A stretch of 64,000 nt of DNA from positions 1 to 64,000 of the forward strand of contig JAXHVD010000016.1 of NCBI GenBank assembly GCA_034189385.1, in the 5' to 3' direction. Made by a program: the position numbers and the translations under genes. The notes beneath the pieces are model-generated. The model made no database searches. It saw only the letters and a program-made list of their open reading frames with translations, and was not told where the DNA came from. The number at the start of each line of letters is the position of its first letter. Position 1 is the first letter of the stretch. Below are positions 39,651-48,327 of the stretch, one piece after another. The DNA is from Thermodesulfobacteriota bacterium (GTDB taxonomy: Bacteria; Desulfobacterota; Desulfobacteria; Desulfobacterales; C00003060).

Positions 39651-41219
39651 TCATATTGCCGCAAGAATCCCTTTTGCGTAACTTAGGGTAGCATCCACTC
39701 CTTTATAAGCAAGAATGATGCCAATAGCTGAGAGGACAAATCCCAGAGTTACAGTGACGAGGGCCAGCCCCCTTTTTAGTCTCTTTGTCCTTATTTCCTT
39801 TTGAGTGTATCTAATGGGTATGCTCACCAAAACAGGCAATTGGAGGTCTTTTTCCACCTCCTCTGGGGTCTTATAAGAGGTGTCCATGGTCTCCCTTAAA
39901 AAGGCCAATCCACCACCTAGGGCAAGGCCACAAGCCAAAGTCAATAGAAGGATTCTACGAAAATCAGGTTCTACCGGTCGCGTCGGAGTCTTGGCAGGAT
40001 CAATTACTCTAAACTGCTCTCCTTTCTGTTTCTTCTCCATGCTCACAGCGATCTGAGCTTCTAATTTCCTGTTCAAGAGAGAATTGTACAGCTCCCTTAG
40101 GTTTCCATAGTCACGGTTTAGGCTCAGCAACTCCTGTTCCCTCTTGGGTGTGTCTTCCACCTTCTTCTGGTACCACTGTGTCTGAGACTGAACCTCCTTG
40201 ATCTCGGCCTTCAGAGTGTCAATTTCAAATGAAAGATCATGCAGTTGACGTTTCAAGCCGTGATCCACTGGGGTCAGAGAAGTCTCCGGTTTCAATGAAC
40301 CGGTTTCGTTTTCCGACCTTTGTCCTTCCAGTCTTGCGATCGTTTGCGTCAAGCGGATGACATCAGGATGGTTTTTTGTGTATTTTGCCTCAAGGGAAGC
40401 AAGCTCATTTCTGAGTGATGTAATATTCGTTGGTGTGCCCCCCTCGGAGGTCGCGCCAATCAGAGGTTCTGCTCGAAGCTTTTCTTGTTCGGCAATCTGT
40501 GTCTGCACTAGTATTTTTCTGTTCTCTGCATCTCTCAGACGATCGTGGAGTTGATCCAGTTGAGCCTGAAGCCTTTCCAGAATACTTAAATTGGTCTGAA
40601 GCTGTTCGGGCAACCCACCTATATAGCGCTGTCGATACTGCTTTAATTCTTCTTCCTTTTCCAAGAGGCGCCTTTCCACGGATTCCAGTTCGTCAGATAT
40701 AAAGGCCGATGTCCCTATGGCCTGCGATTCCCTGATCTTCAGGTTCTCTGAGATGAAATTGGAGGCTAGGGCATTGGTCACCTCCATTACTTTCTTTGGG
40801 TCCTTACCCCTAAAAGCAATGGTGAAGGCATCGGTTCCCCTGCCTCTCCCCCCCCCGTAGTTCACGTCAATCTTGATCATGTTTCTAAGCAACGCTACCT
40901 TGTCGTCCGTGAACATCTGTTGGTCAGATGAGCTGTATAGATTGTGTTCTTTGATGATCTTCTCCAGGTTGGTTCGACTGGTGACCTGCTGCGAAATGGT
41001 ACTGAGTCTATCTTCAACAGTGGCAGATACAATGGTCCGGACAAAATCCTCTGGGACCTTCTGGGGTTGGACCAAGATCAGGGTCTCTGCCTCATAGATC
41101 TTTGGAGTCTTTAGGCAGTAGGCTAGCCCCCCAAGAAGGGTCAACAGGAAGGGGATAATGGTCCACCATATCCTACGCTTGGCCATGTTTATATATCTTG
41201 TAAGTTCAAAAGGTTCCAT
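39651..41219 (-). CDS. Polysaccharide co-polymerase / chain-length determinant (GumC/Wzc N-part)
   Basis: Two TMs flanking long coiled coils; YTKNHPDV and FRVIDPA..P..P motifs. Confidence 0.92.
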   Translation of the reverse strand: MEPFELTRYINMAKRRIWWTIIPFLLTLLGGLAYCLKTPKIYEAETLILVQPQKVPEDFVRTIVSATVEDRLSTISQQVTSRTNLEKIIKEHNLYSSSDQQMFTDDKVALLRNMIKIDVNYGGGRGRGTDAFTIAFRGKDPKKVMEVTNALASNFISENLKIRESQAIGTSAFISDELESVERRLLEKEEELKQYRQRYIGGLPEQLQTNLSILERLQAQLDQLHDRLRDAENRKILVQTQIAEQEKLRAEPLIGATSEGGTPTNITSLRNELASLEAKYTKNHPDVIRLTQTIARLEGQRSENETGSLKPETSLTPVDHGLKRQLHDLSFEIDTLKAEIKEVQSQTQWYQKKVEDTPKREQELLSLNRDYGNLRELYNSLLNRKLEAQIAVSMEKKQKGEQFRVIDPAKTPTRPVEPDFRRILLLTLACGLALGGGLAFLRETMDTSYKTPEEVEKDLQLPVLVSIPIRYTQKEIRTKRLKRGLALVTVTLGFVLSAIGIILAYKGVDATLSYAKGILAAI

Positions 41220-41234
41220 ACGTAAATCCTGGCT

Positions 41235-42578
41235 CTACCATTGCCAGAGTTTGCTCGCTGTCAGGTTCAGCATGAACCGATGGTCCCTGTAGTCTTCAGT
41301 CACAAGATCATCTTCTCTATCGGCATAAGTGTAATCCAAAGAGAGGGAAAACCACCGGAAAAAGGTCCATGTGAGGCCACAGTTTCTTCGCCACGTTTTC
41401 CAATCTCGGTTTTCCCCGTCGTCGTAGTCTCCTTTATCAAGGCGATAAGACCAGCCACCATAAGCGGCTAAGGGTGACATAATCTGGTATTCCAGCTGCG
41501 CCTGTACGCTCCAATAGCGACTAAATCCCCTTCTTTCTGCTTCCAGATATGCCTCGTCCCAACCGCCTTTCCCCCCGATGAAGAAGCTTCCGCGTTCAAA
41601 TCTCTTTCCAACTGAGGCGTTGTAAGAGTAACCAGTCTGGTCATCAGATGCGTCGTTTTCCCGGACAAAATAACCACCGCCTACAGAAACGGATAGATCT
41701 TGGGCAAAGGACTGTTCAAGTCCGATTGATCCATGGTGAACCGTATAGTCTTCAGTTTCTCCCTCAAAATGGCGGTGCGTGAAACGGTAGCCTGCAAAAC
41801 CGGTGGCGTGCTGGGTAAACCGGTGGATATAGCGCATTCCTGCGCCATGGCCTGTATAGTCATCTCCGGCCTCTTCGTCATCGCCCCGCCAAAAGATGGC
41901 ATCAGTGTATTCGTATTCAAGCTCAACGCCATTCTTCAGATTGATCCAATACGTCACCGTGGAGAAAGGAATACGTATTTTTCCGTCATCCACAGTAGGG
42001 TCTTCGTTTTTGAGCAAGAAATGTCTAAAGCCTACGGTGAAGAGATCTTCCGATCCAAAAAGATACCCCAAACTGGCACTAAAGGCATTTCTTTGGTACG
42101 TGTCCCTGGTTTCCCTTACGTTTTCTACCTCTTCAGTCTCTTCCATGGGTTCTTCGGACTTGATGTACGTATCGCTGAGATTGAAGGTCAGGCATTGTGT
42201 GAGGCCCTGGCCAAAGCTAGCGGTCCCAGAGTGTCTTACTGTATTGTTCTGGTCCTCCCTATTATACCAGACAAAGGTGGGAGCATACTGTAGTTCCAGA
42301 TGCGTTTTCTCCGACATTAAGTGAAGGCTCAAACTAGGGGAGACCGTGGTGATGTAATCCGATTGCTCGTCCGTGGCATCGAGATAAATGTTATCATCAT
42401 ATATCTCACTCACGAACAGACTAGGTGTTAACTCAAAAAGGCATTGGGCAAAAGAGGGTTGGGGGAGAAAAAAGAGCCAGACCAGCCAAATAATCAAAAG
42501 TTTGTTTCTGAGCGATCTTTGCATCACTAAGCCGGTTGAAACCGAACTGATAAAACGTATTGATAAGGAAGTTGTCAT
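41235..42578 (-). CDS. Outer-membrane beta-barrel protein, polysaccharide-export associated
   Basis: Signal peptide, YDDNI motif, alternating aromatic beta-strands and terminal W; start may be 42524. Confidence 0.82.
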   Translation of the reverse strand: MTTSLSIRFISSVSTGLVMQRSLRNKLLIIWLVWLFFLPQPSFAQCLFELTPSLFVSEIYDDNIYLDATDEQSDYITTVSPSLSLHLMSEKTHLELQYAPTFVWYNREDQNNTVRHSGTASFGQGLTQCLTFNLSDTYIKSEEPMEETEEVENVRETRDTYQRNAFSASLGYLFGSEDLFTVGFRHFLLKNEDPTVDDGKIRIPFSTVTYWINLKNGVELEYEYTDAIFWRGDDEEAGDDYTGHGAGMRYIHRFTQHATGFAGYRFTHRHFEGETEDYTVHHGSIGLEQSFAQDLSVSVGGGYFVRENDASDDQTGYSYNASVGKRFERGSFFIGGKGGWDEAYLEAERRGFSRYWSVQAQLEYQIMSPLAAYGGWSYRLDKGDYDDGENRDWKTWRRNCGLTWTFFRWFSLSLDYTYADREDDLVTEDYRDHRFMLNLTASKLWQW

Positions 42579-42669
42579 GGATCAGCTTTTTTCAACACAA
42601 TTACGAAAACGCGAAAGCAGTAATGGTTAAAGGCTGAAGGACAGAAGTGGCTTCTTCCTCAGCCCCTTA

Positions 42670-43251
42670 TCATGGCACCACAATGGTGTCGTTTGGCTGC
42701 AGAATAATGTTCTCTTCCACTTTCTTGCCACCAATGAAACCCTCGTAATCAAAACGGAGCTGCATCTCCCTCTTGTCGGTCCTCCGAATGATGAGGATGT
42801 TTTTTGTGTCTGCCCATTCTGCAAAGCCGCCTGCCGTGGAAATGGCCTGGAGGACGGTCATGTCCGCTGCCAACGGGTAGGCGCCAGGTCGATTCAGCTT
42901 GCCTACGGTATAGATGCGGCGGCTGTGACTCTCCCTGAGAATGACGGTTACCTCCGGTGCCGTGACGTAGGCCCTCAGTTTCTCGGTTATCGTTTCTTTG
43001 AGGGCTGTTACGGTTTGACCCTGGGCCATGATTTCTCCAATCAATGGAAACGTGATTCTCCCATCAGACATGACAGTAACATCCTGGGTCAGTTCTGGTT
43101 CTTTCCAGACATAGATATTCAGGATATCGCTGGGGCCCACGACATAAGACGGTGATTCTGCTCTTGCCAGGCAATGGTCTGTCCAACACGAAAGGCTGAG
43201 AATACAAATGCCCAGAGACAAGAGAACAATCCACCTAGACATCCTTCTCAT
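42670..43251 (-). CDS. Polysaccharide export (OPX/Wza-like) protein, short form
   Basis: Y.VGPSD.L.I.VWKEPEL, DGRITFPLIG, SLBB-like domain ending LQPNDTIVVP; ATG 43251 with GGAGGT RBS. Confidence 0.92.
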   Translation of the reverse strand: MRRMSRWIVLLSLGICILSLSCWTDHCLARAESPSYVVGPSDILNIYVWKEPELTQDVTVMSDGRITFPLIGEIMAQGQTVTALKETITEKLRAYVTAPEVTVILRESHSRRIYTVGKLNRPGAYPLAADMTVLQAISTAGGFAEWADTKNILIIRRTDKREMQLRFDYEGFIGGKKVEENIILQPNDTIVVP

Positions 43252-43316
43252 GGAATGACCTCCTAGGAAGAAGATGGTAAGATGAATGCCGAAAGGTCCT
43301 CGGCTGCCCCGTGAAA

Positions 43317-44357
43317 TCACGGTCGTTTCACCAGGGGGCTGCGATATTTGTTGTTCCTGATTCCCACGTTTGCCATCTTGTAGAACAGCGCCTTGTAACT
43401 GATCTTGAGGATCTTGGCTGCCTCTTTTTTGTTCCACCCCGTGAGATTGAGTGCATGCATGATGGCCTCCCTTTCAACATGTCTTGTGGCCTCAACCTTT
43501 AGGTCCTTTAGCGATTTCGGCGGGTTTCGTTCTATGGTGTCCTTGGCCGGCAGCCCAGGCCCATCAGAGGACTCCGTAACGGCCTCGGCACGCATGTCGT
43601 CCGCGGCCATGTTGCTCAGAAGCTCAGAGCTAACCTCTTCCTGGTTGTAGCCCACCATAAGCATGGCGATGGTGTTACTCAGTTCTCTCACGTTTCCAGG
43701 CCAGGCATAAGAGTCAAAGAGCTTTTTCAAATCTCCATCCAGGCGGAAGGGCTCTATCATCTCAAGGTCGCGACGGTGCTTTTCAACAAAGTATTTGGTC
43801 AACAAAGGAATGTCTCCTGTTCTATCTCGCAAAGGAGGGATGTCTATTTTGATGATATTCAAACGATAATAGAGGTCCACTCTGAAGAAGCCGTCCTTCA
43901 TGTCTTTTTCCAGATCATGATTGGTCGCTGCGATGACCCAGGAATTGACCTGGACATCTCTCGTACCACCAAGTCTGGAAAACCTTCCGCTCTGCAGTAC
44001 CTCCAGGAGCTTGGCCTGGAGTACCACGGGCATGTCTCCGATCTCGTCCAAAAAGATGACGCCGTCTGATGCTAGTTCGAATTTTCCTGGTTTCAATTGG
44101 TCCGCCCCGGTGAAGGCACCCTTTTCGTAACCGAAAAGTTCGCTCTCAAGGAGCGTCATTGGAAGGGCAGGGCAGTTGACTTTAATAAACCTCTTATCGC
44201 GGCGGTTGGAGGCACGATGAAGTAACCTTGCTACGACCTCCTTGCCGGTACCCGTCTCTCCCATGATGAGAACGTTGAAGGCAGTATCCGAGATCATGGT
44301 GATGAGCTCCCGGATTTTTTGGATAGACGGATGATTGCCGATTAGGGCGTACTCCAT
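43317..44357 (-). CDS. Sigma-54 enhancer-binding protein lacking an N-terminal sensory domain
   Basis: Begins MEYALIG directly at the AAA+ domain; GETGTGKE, GAFTGA, FLDEI, DLYYRL, WPGNVREL and Fis-type HTH. Confidence 0.92.
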   Translation of the reverse strand: MEYALIGNHPSIQKIRELITMISDTAFNVLIMGETGTGKEVVARLLHRASNRRDKRFIKVNCPALPMTLLESELFGYEKGAFTGADQLKPGKFELASDGVIFLDEIGDMPVVLQAKLLEVLQSGRFSRLGGTRDVQVNSWVIAATNHDLEKDMKDGFFRVDLYYRLNIIKIDIPPLRDRTGDIPLLTKYFVEKHRRDLEMIEPFRLDGDLKKLFDSYAWPGNVRELSNTIAMLMVGYNQEEVSSELLSNMAADDMRAEAVTESSDGPGLPAKDTIERNPPKSLKDLKVEATRHVEREAIMHALNLTGWNKKEAAKILKISYKALFYKMANVGIRNNKYRSPLVKRP

Positions 44358-44361
44358 AATG

Positions 44362-44396
44362 TGGCAAATTTTTACATAGGTTGGCGGGTTTGTCAA
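44362..44396 (-). promoter_or_regulatory. Sigma-70-like promoter overlapped by operator box TATGTAAAAATTTGCCA
   Basis: TTGACA at 44396-44391 with an imperfect -10 at ~44374-44368. The box (44378-44362) matches boxes upstream of two sigma-54 promoters. Confidence 0.6.
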
Positions 44397-44836
44397 TATT
44401 AAAGAAGGATTAGAGGTGGAAAGGGAAGTAACACCCTGTTGGAGGGCAAGGGGCCGCCCTATTCGGGCCGTCGCCAAAATGCCTTTTCGCTTTTCTGAAA
44501 CGTCTTTTGATCCGCCTTCGGAGGACTCCAGGGATTAGCGCTGACGGTTGCGCCTGGTCGGTTGAAGAAAAGCACTGCCTGTACAAGATGCGCCCTTTCG
44601 GCTCAACCATTTGCAATTGCTGATCTTTCACTTTGCCGAAATTCGCGAGTCAAAAATGTTTCAATTCATCGCTTCAAAGGAATTTTTGCTTCGGCAATAG
44701 CCCACATTCATGGGACCCTGTGTAGGCTCGGCTAGCGGTGAATGGACACTGGCGGGGATCTACAAAAAGCAAAGGCAGGGGAGACGCATCATCAATGCAC
44801 CTGCCCTGCCTTTGCTTAACCAGAGTGGAAAGAAGG

Positions 44837-45031
44837 TCAAAGTTGAAAGGCGGATCTTCGATCAAAGCTGCTTCTTCGCTCCATGCCGCTTCTTCGGTCT
44901 AGCCCGTTTCGGCGGTCGTCGCTGGCCCTTCTTTCAGGGATGTGGCCTGTGTACGAAAAGCGCCTCCGATCCACGCCCGAACGTCTCCCCCCGTTGTCAC
45001 TCAATTTAACTGCCACGCTAGCCATTCCCAC
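44837..45031 (-). CDS. Small Arg-rich [DE]RRxxx-repeat protein (62-64 aa)
   Basis: DNGGRRSGVDRRRFSYTGHIPERRASDDRRNGLDRRSGMERRSSFDRRS: 6-residue periodicity kept at protein level despite divergent codons. Confidence 0.7.
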   Translation of the reverse strand: MGMASVAVKLSDNGGRRSGVDRRRFSYTGHIPERRASDDRRNGLDRRSGMERRSSFDRRSAFQL

Positions 45032-45343
45032 TTTCGGCCGTCCTTTTCTGAGACTGCGTTATGATTCTCCTTTATTCCTTAATTACCGTATGGCAGGTCA
45101 CGGCGACCTGTTTTGAATAAATCAACTGACGATATCTTCGAATTCCTCCATGTCAGGGTCAATGCCAATGTCTGCCCTTTTCTCACAAACCTGATAAAGC
45201 AATAATAGACTTGTGGACATAGACTTGTGGAGATTTAGACTGTGATGAGTGTTTGGTGGCTAATCCCCGGTCCACCTATCCAACAGACAACAGTTCGATC
45301 TCTTGGCCCCCTTCACTCTTGTTACACTCAGGCGTGCATCAGT

Positions 45344-45925
45344 CTATTTCATTAAGGTTTTCCGAAGCTTCTTCCTGCCCAAAAGGCCGGCCAGACCGAT
45401 CAGGCCTGTGCCCATAAGCAGCATGGAGGCTGGTTCTGGGACGGGGCTCTCTGGGCACTGGGTTGCCTCGACGACGAGCTTTGCCGATTCAAAGTAAAAA
45501 TTTCCTCCCTTGGCTTCCAACATAGCATTAACAATACCATCGTCGCTGAGAGTCAATTCCACGGCGGGTGAGAGCGCGAAGGGTAAGCCAGAGGTTGGGT
45601 ACTCAAGTCTCCAGCCGCCGAATATGTCTGTCCCTACTGTTAGCTTCACCCATTCATGTGGAAAATCGGGGTTGTCTGGAGTATGATCACTAAGAGTTAC
45701 GAAGACTTTAGCGGTACCAGGTACCACATTTTGACAGTCTGGGTTGAATCCGTCATCAGTAAGATCAAATGTCCAACTATACTGATCCACGCTTCCGTCC
45801 GATAGATCAGCGTCCATAAAGACATCGGCGGGATCCCAGATGTCTTCGATCGGAATAGCACTGGCTATGCCGACGGCAGAAAAAACCATGGCTATAGTGC
45901 ATAAAAACACTAAAAACTTGTTCAT
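45344..45925 (-). CDS. PEP-CTERM sorting-domain protein
   Basis: Signal peptide (ASA cleavage), acidic mature domain, C-terminal VPEPASMLLMGTGLIGLAGLLGRKKLRK; RBS AAGGAGG. Confidence 0.95.
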   Translation of the reverse strand: MNKFLVFLCTIAMVFSAVGIASAIPIEDIWDPADVFMDADLSDGSVDQYSWTFDLTDDGFNPDCQNVVPGTAKVFVTLSDHTPDNPDFPHEWVKLTVGTDIFGGWRLEYPTSGLPFALSPAVELTLSDDGIVNAMLEAKGGNFYFESAKLVVEATQCPESPVPEPASMLLMGTGLIGLAGLLGRKKLRKTLMK

Positions 45926-46105
45926 TGCAGTCCTCCTTCCCTGTCTCGGCCGATTAAGCAGTTAGTGCCTCAGTCCACTTCTCAGGCACCCGTACGTCTC
46001 TCGCCCCCCCTTTTGTTCGAGCGACGTGCCCAGTGGGAACTGTCGCTCTCTCGTGTTTCGGTATTCCCCCTTCGACTATTTGGACTAATGGTTTCAACAA
46101 CATTT

Positions 46106-46121
46106 TGCAATAAACATGCCG
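46106..46121 (-). promoter_or_regulatory. Sigma-54 promoter for the PEP-CTERM gene
   Basis: Minus strand reads CGGCATGTTTATTGCA, ~180 bp upstream of the ATG. Confidence 0.8.
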
Positions 46122-46246
46122 ACCGGCAAAGAGCCTAAAAGAACAGAGCAATTACAATATTAAATCAAGGAAATAAAAGAGTTAAGGCGTAAGTCTCAAT
46201 GAAGATCCACGAAAGGGCAAGGGCTCTCAAAAAGGGAGGATAGAGG

Positions 46247-46308
46247 TATGTATTTTATTGCCAACTATATGAGAAAAGTTATGCCAATATGTGGAAAAAG
46301 ATTATATA
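46247..46308. promoter_or_regulatory. Phased putative enhancer boxes
   Basis: TATGTATTTTATTGCCA (46247) and TGAGAAAAGTTATGCCA (46270), then TGTGGAA at the same 43-bp offset as in the 13567 array. Confidence 0.6.
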
Positions 46309-46414
46309 TGGATGTGGCGAACAATGGGAGGATCTGGAGCCCAAGTTGCGCAACGATCAGGAAATGGCGACAAAAGGCCTAAGACGAACGGACGGGGCGG
46401 GGAAAAAGGAGATG

Positions 46415-47821
46415 CTATGGTTTCAGATCAAATTCCTTGATACGGTTTAGGAGGGTCTTATAGCTCACCTGGAGCAATCGGGCAGCCTGTCTTCTGTTCC
46501 ACTGAGTCTCGCTGAGAGCGTTCAAAATCGCCTCCCGCTCTGCTTGGGAAACATAGGCCTTGGATATCTTCTTCAAGGAGAAATCATTATCTCTAAAAAG
46601 CCTTGAAAGCTTGTCGTCACGCCAATCAGAACCTTGAGACTCAACCTCAGATAAAGAGCCACTCTCTACGCTGTGGACTCCCATATGTAGGTTTAGATCT
46701 TTAAAAGCAAAATCCCAACTTCTAAGGACAATGGCCCGACGGATCACATTCTCAAGCTCTCTCACATTGCCGGGCCATTCGTAGGCCAAGAAAAGCTCAG
46801 CGATCTCATCGGGTATGTCCATGACCCCTTTTCTGAGCTCAAAGCAATACTTGTTCATAAAGTAGTGGGTCAAGAAAGGGATATCTTCTTTTCTCGTTCT
46901 AAGGGAGGGGACATCCATGGCCACCACCTTCAGGCGGTAGAACAGATCCTTTCTAAAAGACCCTTCCAGCACCTTCTGCTGGAGATCTGAATTCGTAGCA
47001 GCCAACACGCGGATATCCATGGCTTCGTCTTCTGTGCCGCCAAGGGGTGAAAAGGCTTCCCCTTCAAAGATCTGAAGCAGTTTAACCTGCAAAGACAAGG
47101 AAAGATCGCCGATTTCGTCAATAAACAGGGTTCCTCCCGCTGCCAGCTGAAGACGCCCGGGCTTGTCTTTATGGGCCCCCGTAAAAGCCCCTCTCTGAAA
47201 ACCGAAGACCTCACTCTCTAGCAAGTCGTCAGGGAGAGCCCCGCAATTCACCTTCACCAGTGCGCCTTTTCGCCGATAGGAATGATAGTGGATAGAACGG
47301 GCTATCAGCTCCTTGCCAGTACCGGTCTCCCCCGTGATCAATACGGTGACGTCCTTGTGGGCCACCTTTCGAATTTTTTCCCTGATGTTCATCAGTTGAG
47401 GGCTTTGTCCAACAATGACCACGGGGCTGTCGTCTAAAGGGCCTCGGGCAGCTCGCTGTTTCCATGCCTTGTGTATGGCCCTTGATATCTCGTCAAGGTC
47501 CGGATCTGGGCTCAGGTGATGGATTGTACCGCTAGGGGAATGATCAGATCCGTTCAAAAGCAACGCCTCTTCACAGGAGGTCAAAATCGGCATTACAGGG
47601 TCAATCAATCCCAAATTGTGAATGTTCTTCAGGCAGGTTTGTGTTTCTACAGAAGGCCCGATAATGGCCAAATCAGGACTCAAAGAGGCCAGTTGCTCGG
47701 CAGACCTATCGGGGGGCGCGGTAGAACAAAGCTTGAATCCCAGGCCTCTGACCTTTTCCTGCAAGATTTGGGAACGGGAAGGATCTGACTCAACCACAAG
47801 AATGTTCGGATTGGCTTTCAT
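46415..47821 (-). CDS. Sigma-54 enhancer-binding protein with degenerate (pseudo-)receiver domain
   Basis: REC-like N-terminus ILVVESD...DLAIIG (Gly at the phospho-Asp position, no KP); GETGTGKE, GAFTGA, FIDEI, WPGNVREL and HTH. Confidence 0.9.
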   Translation of the reverse strand: MKANPNILVVESDPSRSQILQEKVRGLGFKLCSTAPPDRSAEQLASLSPDLAIIGPSVETQTCLKNIHNLGLIDPVMPILTSCEEALLLNGSDHSPSGTIHHLSPDPDLDEISRAIHKAWKQRAARGPLDDSPVVIVGQSPQLMNIREKIRKVAHKDVTVLITGETGTGKELIARSIHYHSYRRKGALVKVNCGALPDDLLESEVFGFQRGAFTGAHKDKPGRLQLAAGGTLFIDEIGDLSLSLQVKLLQIFEGEAFSPLGGTEDEAMDIRVLAATNSDLQQKVLEGSFRKDLFYRLKVVAMDVPSLRTRKEDIPFLTHYFMNKYCFELRKGVMDIPDEIAELFLAYEWPGNVRELENVIRRAIVLRSWDFAFKDLNLHMGVHSVESGSLSEVESQGSDWRDDKLSRLFRDNDFSLKKISKAYVSQAEREAILNALSETQWNRRQAARLLQVSYKTLLNRIKEFDLKP

Positions 47822-47925
47822 AAGTCTCTCCTGTGGGCCTTGATATTGGCAAAGTCTGTCCTTATCTTTCCGTTCAACGATTCAAGAGTGGACCTCACTG
47901 CCCTGAAGAAACATGGCAAGCGCCA

Positions 47926-48312
47926 CTACTTTTTCTCTTGCTGCATGAGGAGCCTAGCTATATGATCCTTCAGAACCGACATCTTGAAAGGCTTGGCCAG
48001 CACCAGGTCTGCCTTCTTTTCCGTGGCCGCCATTTCGGGCTCCTTGCCATAACCCGTGATGGCGATCACGGGGATATGTGGGGTTTTTTTCTTAATCGCC
48101 GTGATCATTCCCACTCCACTCACGTAGGGCATGACAATGTCTGTGACCACTAGGTCATAACCTCCTGATTCTAGCATCTTTAACCCTTCCATACCATCGG
48201 AAGCTGCCAAGACCTCGTAGCCCAGGCGTCTCAGATGCTTGGCGATTACTGAGAGGATATCAGAGTCGTCTTCTATTACTAAAATCGTCCTTTTTTGAGA
48301 CGTCTTATTCAT
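47926..48312 (-). CDS. Single-domain response regulator
   Basis: ILVIEDD, LVVTDIVMP, AITG and AKP are all intact. Confidence 0.93.
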   Translation of the reverse strand: MNKTSQKRTILVIEDDSDILSVIAKHLRRLGYEVLAASDGMEGLKMLESGGYDLVVTDIVMPYVSGVGMITAIKKKTPHIPVIAITGYGKEPEMAATEKKADLVLAKPFKMSVLKDHIARLLMQQEKK

Positions 48313-48327
48313 TGTCAGATTCTTGTC

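Noticed and set aside
43276..43291. Sigma-54-like site before the OPX gene (CGGCATTCATCTTACC)
   Set aside because: The -12 dinucleotide is AC rather than GC.
44358..44477. N-terminal extension of the bEBP given by the ORF track
   Set aside because: TTG start, no domain-like content, and it overlaps a promoter/operator; ATG 44357 is preferred.
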